DNA of 60,806 nucleotides, the filler included, from Callorhinchus milii (taxonomy: Eukaryota), in NCBI RefSeq assembly GCF_018977255.1. It is 4 parts of 4 records of this genome, joined end to end, with 100 filler letters (N's around TTAATTAATTAA, not from the genome) between each part and the next. Parts side by side here need not be neighbours in the genome. Positions count along the whole stretch, not along the records: positions 49,981 to 60,806 come from NW_024705102.1; 3 more parts are not named here. One strand, 5' to 3'. Position numbers and translations under genes: made by a program. Below the pieces are notes generated by a model. The model was given only the letters and a program-made list of their open reading frames with translations. It was not told the DNA's origin and ran no database searches. Within the stretch, counting starts at the first letter, position 1; each line of letters begins with the position of its first letter. Shown in pieces: positions 52,521 to 60,806 of this stretch.

Positions 52521-53170
52521 TTGTGATCGCCTGGCCGCCTTCTGTTGCGTGAAACTGAAAATAAGATATTACACCGAAACGACAGCAGCCGTGGTTCTAA
52601 GCTGTGTCAATAGCATTCCCTGGTATTTTGTGTATGAGCCCTTTAAGATACTGGAAAAAATTGCCTTGGATTTGCGAGGCCAAAGCGGTTTACTAGACCT
52701 CTGCCACTTGGATTGTGTTTTACTGGTTGGACGCAATAATTAACCCCTTTGTTCCATTCTTTCTGATTTTGCTGATGAACCTGGTGACCGTCAGACAGAT
52801 TTTATTGGCTAATACAATCCGCAGAAAACTTCTCAATCAGAAAAGGGAAAGCGGCAAAAATGAAGAGATGGAGAACCGAAGAAGGTCCATGATTTTACTC
52901 TTCGCCATATCAGGCAGTTTCATCCTGTTGTGGCTGATGTACGTTTTAGAATTCATAATTTTTCGAACCTTAGACAGCTTTTTCAACACCGATTACAGAG
53001 ACCCAGTGTTCATATTCCTAGAAATGTCAGAGATGCTTAAACCTTTGAGTTGCTGCACCAACACCGTCATTTACACTGTTACTCAATCTAGGTTCAGGGA
53101 GGAAGTGAATTACGTGTGGACATACACGTTTATTTTTATCTTTAAACCCGTTAAATACACGGAATTATAA
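52521..53170 (+). pseudogene. GPR139-like: 5'-truncated GPR139-like pseudogene (end of TM3 to C-terminus), close paralogue of the 11547-14279 gene
   Basis: DRLAAFCCVKLK...IPWY; 18-nt deletion in TM4; +1 frameshift at the A-run ~52655-52660; in-frame TAG at 52694; then ORF 52715..53170 with PFVPFFLILLMN, ENRRRSMILLFAISGSFILLW and SCCTNTVIY. Confidence 0.92.
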
Positions 53171-54989
53171 AGCATTCAGAACGATGCACATGTTAATACA
53201 GCTGGTGAGCTGTTGGCCTTTATTTCAAGTGGCCTGGAGAAATAATAATGATCGCTTTAATTGTTATAGAACATTACAAGGTCGTCAAGCCTTGCTAAAG
53301 TGTTTCAAATATATATTGTAAAAGCGTTGACTTGACGAATAATGGTGAAACAGTGGAGAATTTCCTCCCTGCTATAAAGGGCGATTCTTTCAACTTTGGA
53401 CACCAAACCTTTGAAAGTTGTACCAGCGCTGGACAGTGTCCAACCATAGCATTAATATGGTGACTTTCGCGGCTTAACTTTGACATTTGAAGAAACGCTG
53501 AGTGCACAGGGAGAAATCTGGTCACAATCGTCGGTTTTTATGATATGAGTTCTGTTCCACTGAAAGCTGTAGATGCTGAATCAAAAATGACACAATTATG
53601 GGCATCGGAGACATTAGGTTCAACGCTCTTTGGGTCCAAATAAAAAACGACACAGGTTCGATTGGTTAAAAAGCCTGCTTTCACCTCCCTCAAATAATAT
53701 ATACATTTCTTTGAAACTGAGTTCTCACAAGTTCAGCTGTTTTCAAGCACAAAATAATCAACAGATCAGGGGAGGAAGAAATGCCAATTTAATAGATTGT
53801 TCAAATAAGAAGAAAGTGTAGAAGACGACTCAATTAACGGCCAAATCCTATGTTCTTAAGAATGTTAGAAATGTAGCAAGAGGGTGAGAGAGAGATAGAG
53901 AGAGAGGGGGGGGGGGGGTGGGGGGGGGAGAGAGAGATGCGGATCGGGGGGAAGGAGCATTAGATAGTCAGTTGATGGATGGACACTGGGTGAGATGAGG
54001 ATGGTGATTCATCCTAATATATAAGAATTCAATCATTGATCGGACTGTGATGAATTTTAAAGGGAAGAAAATCAGGTGTTTTCTTGTGGTTGGTAATAAT
54101 CAGTCATTGAAAGCGGCTTCGAGAGTTGTGGCAAATTATGCGAGAAACGAACAACGGAATTTCAATCTGTAAAATACTTGTATGAGTAGCTGAAGTACAC
54201 ACAATTTCTGTTCTGTCGAATATTATTTATTGAATTACCCAACCAACCAATAAACAAACCTTCTCCTAATTTGAAAATAACACATTCATGTGTCCTCTTT
54301 CGTTATCCAGCTGTTCAAAAAATCGGTAATTCAAGTAAAGTCTTTATCAAATGTAAAAATATTGTTATTAGCAATGGTCCAGTGTGATATTGCATGTTAT
54401 CAGCCGCGAGGCAATCACTATCTGCAGCGGGAGGAGTTGTCATTGGCTAAGGATCAGAGAAATGCTTTCTTCCCGACACACTGCAGCAATGGCCGGTATT
54501 ATTTCCACCCTCAGCATTACATGCTTCCAGCCACCGGCTCCCGCTGCTGCCTCAGGACGACGTTGTCCAGAGAGGGAGCGGAAGGTGGGATGTCAGAAAT
54601 GGTCTGTGGGCGCAGAAACTCATTCGCTTCTGGAGGCAGATTGCTGGACGATATATGGCGAATGCGGTTGCAATGCAGAAAATTTGTATTGTGTAGGTGA
54701 ATGCGGCAGTCAATTTACGGATCACAATGTCACTTAAACACCAGTGAAGTGAGTGTCCAATTTAATTAGAAGTTTTCGTAGGCAGGAATCCAGGAACAAA
54801 TCATGTATCGTGATGATAAAAGTCATAGTACATAATATTGTAAAATAAGTATATAGAAACACAGAACACACACACACACACACACACACGGACACGGACA
54901 CGGACACAGACAGAGAGACACATACACAGGCACTTCCACACAGATACGTACACGCCTATGAACACACAAACAACATAAAAAACAACAAC

Positions 54990-55250
54990 AAATTTATCTT
55001 TGTAAGACGCCTTTCAAATCGGAAGGAGATCCCAAGGTTCTGAACAATCTTGGATCAGGACCCGTGGGTAGCGGGCAAGGTTTGGATAAGGGAGGCCAGT
55101 GGGGCTAGGAGTGTAGCGAATTCATGGCCAAAAAGGAGGATTGGAGCCTTGACTTGAAGGAGGCCACAGAGGGAGCAAAGCGAAGGGATTGTGGGATGGA
55201 ACTCCAATTAATGGGTGCAGAGAGGCTAACAGCGCGGCTGTCGATGGCAG
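54990..55250 (-). mobile_element. L2 3'-end fragment
   Basis: RAVSLSAPINWSSIPQSLRFAPSVASFKSRLQS (ORF 55105..55347) is the typical L2 ORF2 C-terminus. Confidence 0.75.
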
Positions 55251-55497
55251 GCACACAGAGAGACACATTCAAACACACACAAACACAGAAACTCACACAC
55301 AGACAGAGAAAGAGACATGCAAGTATATAGCTTGTAGCTTGGGGCACGACATTTCAAGCGACTGCCAGGATGAAGGAAGGCGAGCTAGATGGACCTTGTT
55401 TTTTTTTTCGCCAACTATATTCCTACATTATTTTCTTTTCTCAGTCAGGTGGGAAACACAGTGAAACACAATTGATGATTTGCGCATTTGCTCCCCA

Positions 55498-55995
55498 TTA
55501 ATCTGTCAGTGGGTAGATTCTCAGCGGCTCAGCTTTTCCCGCTGTCATTCAAACCACAATAGAAGAAATAATGAAATTACGCAGTGAATGTGTTGGTAAA
55601 ATTCAGGAGTTGAGACGTGTTATCAGCGTTGCAAAATTACAACTCTTCCCTCCTCTTAGTCCAGCTAAACTTCCAGCTTCCCGGGTCTACCTCTCAGGCG
55701 CAGGCGGGTACAAAGGGAGTTCAGAGCTCTATGTTCATAGCCGTTTGCCTGCCACGCAATCCCGTCTTCATTCTACTGTGTCAGTGCGAAGTCGCCTTTC
55801 TTATTGACGGACTTCCTGGTCACCAGCACATTTCAGTCAAACTTCCAGTAGTGTCGCGCTGGTATGAAGCCCTCAGATCCCAGGACACAGACAGGTAGGT
55901 TAACCTTCTGGATGTCAGTGAGCTGCTGCCGTTTGTCTTAGGCTTTCACACTGGTAAGCTCCTCAAGCAGTATGAGCAAGGGATTCGCTATGGCA
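55498..55995 (-). pseudogene. TRIM/butyrophilin-type B30.2 (PRY-SPRY) exon pseudogene
   Basis: ANPLLILLEELTSVKA*DKRQQLTD..VLGSEGFIPARHYWKF..RPGKLEV*LD*E..; 3' part aligns with 20466-20680; multiple stops. Confidence 0.88.
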
Positions 55996-56290
55996 CTGGT
56001 GGCGGAGTTTTGGATCAGTGAGCTCCTGTGCCTGGTGGAGCTGGAGAGTCCGGCAAATGAGTTGTCCAGTCTGGAGGTGATGAACACATGGTTGAGAATT
56101 TCGGCTGTGACAGTCATAAGGTGTGGTCGGAGGCTGGAAATGTGATAGAGATGGAAGGACATTGTCGTTGTCAGGGACGGTGCTTGTGTGTGGAAGGACA
56201 ACTGTGCGTCGCATTTGACGGCAAGTTTGCCCAGTGGTCCGGCAATTCTGAGGGATAAGGTGGAGAGCTTGAATACCTGTAAATGAGCAT
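55996..56290 (-). mobile_element. L2 ORF2 fragment abutting the B30.2 pseudogene
   Basis: FHLYHISSLRPHL..AEILNHVFITSRLD..LIQNSA in ORF 55938..56432. Confidence 0.8.
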
Positions 56291-56579
56291 TATGTCTAAA
56301 ATGAGGATACTTAAACATATAACGTAAGCGACAGGTTTGTGTAGGCGACAGATAACATTCTGGTGGTCTCCCTTCGATCACCGTTGGTTGAACACAAACT
56401 TGCGATTGGAGAAGCGAATTTGTTGGATTCACGATAACAGCACTGTTTAAGGTTGAATAAGATTATTGTAAAAATTGTTTTGTTTAGACTTCACTACAGT
56501 CAATGTAATAATGTGGCTTTGCTCAGATAATTATGTATTGTTTGGCTTCTCCAATCCCACCATATTTGGTTGTCGAACT

Positions 56580-57130
56580 GTACACACTTTTGCTGAAGAT
56601 GCTTTTCTAGTCTTTACACCTTTCTATTTAAAAAAACCATCTTTTAGTCTAACCGCATTGTTGTTCCCACATATTTTCATTGCATCGAGGCTTCCCTTCG
56701 CAAACACTTTACTTGTCGATATTCTCAACTCTTCCCTCCACAGGCTGCAGATCATACAGAAATCTGTCGCCCGTGTATCTCCCGAACAAGGCTGTGGGAC
56801 CTAATCACCCACATCCTTGCACGTCTTTACCGGCTTCCCATTACACAGAGGATACAGATCAAGATATTGGTCATCACCCTCAAAGCCCTCCTTGTCCTTG
56901 CTTCCCACTACCACTGCGTCTTCCTCATACCCTAACATCCTGTTCGCTTCTTCCGCTTAGCGGGCACCGGCGTACTTCCGTAACCCCCCATGCTCGGCCC
57001 ACTATTGCCGGGCCTTTTGCCATTTTGCCCCACCCGCTGAATAACCATGATGCAGTCCACGCCTCGCCTCCTACCTTGCATCCTTCATGAACCATCTAAA
57101 GACCCTCCTATTCGACAATAATTTCGATCT
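56580..57130 (+). mobile_element. L2 ORF2 3' fragment
   Basis: HIFIASRL..LHRLQIIQKSVARV followed by degenerate ITHIL..LYRLP..RI..KI motifs. Confidence 0.75.
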
Positions 57131-57664
57131 CCCTGTTTTCCCCCACCCCACACTCTACACTCCTCGATCCTCAGCTCGGGTACGAAACATGTTATGTCCA
57201 GCGTCGTGGGACGTCCTCGGCACAATTATCACAATGAGTGCCATTTCCCCGACTCTCTGAAAAACGCACCGATGCACACACAGAGCGTGCCCTCCAAGGC
57301 TCTGCGATTCACTCGCACACACACAAGCACATTCACAGAGGAACACTGATGCTCCGACATACACGCAACATCCCACACAAACGAACATTTGGCAGTGTAA
57401 CAACCATCGTACTGACTCCCACAACCACACACACACAAGTAGCAGAAAGAACAAAACACACGCATACACATTGTAATGATTCGCAAACAAAATTACTGGT
57501 GCGGTTGTAAATTTCTTTAAAAAATAATTAAAACATTCCAAAACGGTAACTTTCACAACACTTGTCCCATTTTGAGTGTCCGATTTACTTCCTGTAATCT
57601 CCTTGTGAACTTTTTTTCTGAATTGCCCTTTGCTTCTAAAAGGAACGAAATACACAGGGCGTTG

Positions 57665-58250
57665 CAGTTCGAGCTTTACTGAGTCTCTAACGCTAATCTG
57701 GGAGCGCGGATGCACAGTGCAGAGGTGTTTTACTGTTCCCAATCTCTCGCCAAGGTGCGTGAGCGCAATATGTAGCGGCAGCTTTATGCTGTCTCCAAAC
57801 TTGCCGTGGGAGTTTCGATGGGGTTTATTGGGCGATATAATGAGTATTTTTCCCTAAGTTGTGACCGCGGCTCACAGTTTAGAGGGAGCTTTACTGTGTT
57901 TGACGTGGGATTCTGGGCAAAGAGTGCAGAGGGAGCTATTCTGTGTCTGTAAACCTGACCTACGAATTTGTATGCACACTTCAGAACTAGGTGTATTATT
58001 TCTTTAGCCCCGACCTCGAAGTCTGGACAGATAATGTAGAGAGAGTATTATTTTATCTGTAACCCAGACTATGGATCTATGGCCAACAGTGTGGAAGGAG
58101 CTGTACGCTGACTATGCACCTGACTTGGGAGTCTGGGCAAACAATGCAGAGTGAGGGAGCTTTACTCTGTGTTTAAACCTCACCTCTTAGAGTGGACAAA
58201 CAACTTTCAGGGAGAATTACGCTACCTTTATTCCTCACTTGGGCGTGTGT
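57665..58250. repeat. Highly decayed ~50-55-bp minisatellite (core AGAGGGAGCTTTACTCTGT..CCTGAC.TGGGAG)
   Basis: GAGGGAGCTTTACT-like word recurs about ten times at roughly regular spacing. Confidence 0.7.
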
Positions 58251-58318
58251 GTAGACATCGAAGTATACAGTGTTTCCGTTTATGCACACAGCAGGAAATC
58301 GGCAGCCCTGGAACGTTT

Positions 58319-58920
58319 TTAATGAAATAATCTAAGGATTATAATTAATGGAACTGTTACCGCTTTCTTCAGCTCCACTCTGAATTCAGTCTGAGTAACT
58401 GCATAAATACATGTGTCTGTGCAAGGTCTCCAAAGCTGCCGCATGAACATACCATCGTGGAAAATGCACAAAGGCTAATCTGGGTCTGTGGGGTAATCTG
58501 ATTTAGAAATTATCCAGTGTCAGGCAAATATAATTTGTGTCATTCACAATAATATAAAACTGGAGGAAACAGGAAAGAATAAAACGATGGATTTTCTTCT
58601 GTCCTTCATCTCTGGATCACTGTCACTCGCTCCTCTATTCCTGTCCGCATTACTGTGTCCCAACAATCAACTGCGGGCCCGACGGACAACAAGTATGTGC
58701 CCGACAGTCAGGGCGTTGTTATCAGGGAATGTTTTCCACGAAGAAAAACACGTACAATACCGCTATCGCTGTACAAGCAGTAATTTTTCGGCACAGTATG
58801 TTGTTTTCAGTTGCTGGCCACAAATAGCAAAACATTGAACAAGTGTGAAAGTCACAGTGAACCAGACTGAAGTTGACGTTGTTGTTGCCATCAGGAACAA
58901 TAGGAGTTGACAGACAATCT
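58319..58920 (-). pseudogene. GPR139-like: Third GPR139-like sequence: decayed pseudogene of a more distant subfamily
   Basis: Manual translation: SVWFTVTFTLVQCFAICGQQLKTTYCAEK..ENIP* [ECL2-TM5 deleted] NALTVGHIL..DPEMKDRRKSIVLFFPVSSSFILL*M..CTDTCIYAVTQTEFRVELKKAV..LFH*. Confidence 0.9.
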
Positions 58921-59835
58921 ACTATATGTCAGTCACTACAGGATAGAGTTCCGTTTCAATTGAGACAACAGGCGGAACCTGCATATGTCCATCTCACAAT
59001 CTTAAGGAGTAGATGTTATAACAACGTACACATGCAGCAGGACTTCACTTTATTAGCATAACGGGTAGATAATAAAAAGTTGAAATTTAGTGAGGCAAAA
59101 TATAAGATAAATAATTTGAGCAGAAAAGACGAGGGAAGGTTACATTTTTTGACTGGAAGTTCCTTGTGGGTTGCAGAGGAGTAAAGTCATATGAGAGTTG
59201 GCTTTATCTGTGTAACTGAATAGGGCAGCCGGTATATCCTTCCCATTACTGGATGGCGAAATATCTTTGTGACAGTGTTCTGCGTTCTATAGGTAGAATC
59301 ATAGAATACCAAAGTTAGCTGACAAGGCATACATATGCATGTTATTGGTTAGATAGGAACTGCAGCACAGTGTTCATATTTCCTGGTAGGAAAGATAATA
59401 AAGTATTGGAATATATGCAATGGAGACACACAAGCATAGAGTCAGTGATGAGAGCCAGTTAGTGAATGTCTGATTGAATGTTGCCTAATGTTTGATTGCC
59501 ATTTTTCTGAAGACAGAGCTAACCTGTTACAAATCCAGAGACAAAATAGTCAAAGTAAGTTGCTTGATTAAGCCGGCTGTAGATAACCCAGTAAAAACGT
59601 CAAAACCCGTCAATGAGAGCTTCAGCTCGCAAGCGTCCAGCTGTCTATCCTTGTAGCAAAATCTAACATGTATAGAATATTTGTCACTGGGTGTAAAATA
59701 ACAGAGAAAATGTAGTAAGAATATCTATCGCTTGCGGCAGATGGGATGATGAGCTCGGCTGTTGGATACAGAGGAGGGCAATCTAAATCATTTAGGGAAT
59801 AGAGGGACTGGACAAAGACGACTAAATAAATAGGC

Positions 59836-60120
59836 CAGCTGAGCTGAGGGGAGCTGAGCTGAGGGGAGCTTATCTGATGGTATATGAGAAGAGTGGATCT
59901 TAACTGACATGCAGGAAGCTGAGTTGAGATGAGGGCAGCTGAGCTGAGGTGTTCTGAAATGAGTGGAGCTGAGTGGAGTGCAGCTGAGATGAGGGCAGCT
60001 GAGCTGAGGGCATCTGAACTGAGTGGAGCTGAGCGGAGTGCAGGTGATGTGAGGGGAGCTGAACTGAGTGGAGCTGCGATGAGGGGAGTTGAGCTCTGCG
60101 TAGCTGACATGAGGGCAGTT
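59836..60120 (+). repeat. GAGCT/GAGGG pentamer satellite with 15-bp and 60-bp higher-order period
   Basis: GAGCTGAGCTGAGGG units; 59931-59990 and 59991-60050 align as 60-mers; about 17 AGCT in 285 bp. Confidence 0.9.
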
Positions 60121-60125
60121 GCTTT

Positions 60126-60785
60126 TATGTGTATATGTGTCCGTGTGTGTATGCATGTATATGTGTGTGTGTTTGAGTGTGCCTTGTATGTGTGTATGTG
60201 CGTGTGAATCTCTGTCAGTTTGTGTATGTATGTATGTTTGTATGTATGTATGTTTGTATGGCTGTATGTGTGTCTGCATGCATGCATGTATGATAGCATG
60301 TATGTTAGTATGTGTGTGTGTGCGTGTCAATTTGCATGTCTGTTTCGTATCTGTGTGAATGTGGGTGTGTATGTGCGTGTATGCATGTGAGTGCATGGGT
60401 GTGACTTTGCGTATGTTTTGTGTGTTTTTGTGTGCGTGTCCGTGTGTGTTTTTCTTGATGCGTGTGTATGTATGTGCTTCTGTGTTGAATTTTGTCTGTT
60501 TGTTACCTACATACTGATACTAACCGCTCTGTATAATTTGATATTAACAGTGGCATTTAAATGACTTCTGATTTTATCAATGACACCTCTCTATAGTTTG
60601 ATATTATCAGTGAGCACATCTACATTGTTTGGTATTAACAGTGTGTGTATTTGTGTGTGCATGTGTTTGTTTTTGTTTGTCCAGACCTGTGTAAGTTTCT
60701 GAGTGTATTTCTGTGTTTGTGTGTGTGTCTATGTGTGTGTTTCTGTGTTTGTCTGTTGCTTGTGTGTGTGTGTTTCTGTGTATTT
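60126..60785. repeat. Degenerate (TG)n/(TATG)n microsatellites
   Basis: Directly visible, with a short unique interruption at ~60500-60640. Confidence 0.85.
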
Positions 60786-60806
60786 TTATCAATTACTGTA
60801 TGTATC

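Overview
This window is a composite. Three identical 100-bp linkers (N44-TTAATTAATTAA-N44 at 20681, 38706 and 49881) join four pieces. (1) 1-20680 is repeat-rich vertebrate DNA of cartilaginous-fish type (elephant-shark-like SINEs and LINEs; taxon is inference). It holds an intact two-exon GPR139-like class A GPCR gene (minus strand, 332 aa), TRIM RING and B30.2 remnants, CR1/L2/SINE debris and a near-identical 2.2-kb duplication. (2) 20781-38705 is GC-richer, lamprey-like intronic DNA (inference). It holds one astrotactin (ASTN) exon with an apparent 1-nt deletion, tRNA-derived SINEs, a complete 145-bp hAT MITE and Penelope-like termini carrying minimal hammerhead-ribozyme motifs. (3) 38806-49880 is 11 kb with no recognisable genes, repeats or dinucleotide bias, and is most likely shuffled or synthetic. 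(4) 49981-60806 is the same kind of locus as piece 1: a decayed L2 LINE fused to a GPR139-like pseudogene, a B30.2 pseudogene, a third GPR139-like pseudogene missed by the ORF track, and a GAGCT pentamer array resembling an Ig switch region. I found no convincing new multi-gene system. The best leads are the GPR139-like/TRIM birth-and-death cluster with co-duplicated flanks, the intronic hammerheads and the switch-like repeat. All family assignments are by eye and from memory of the families; no searches were run.
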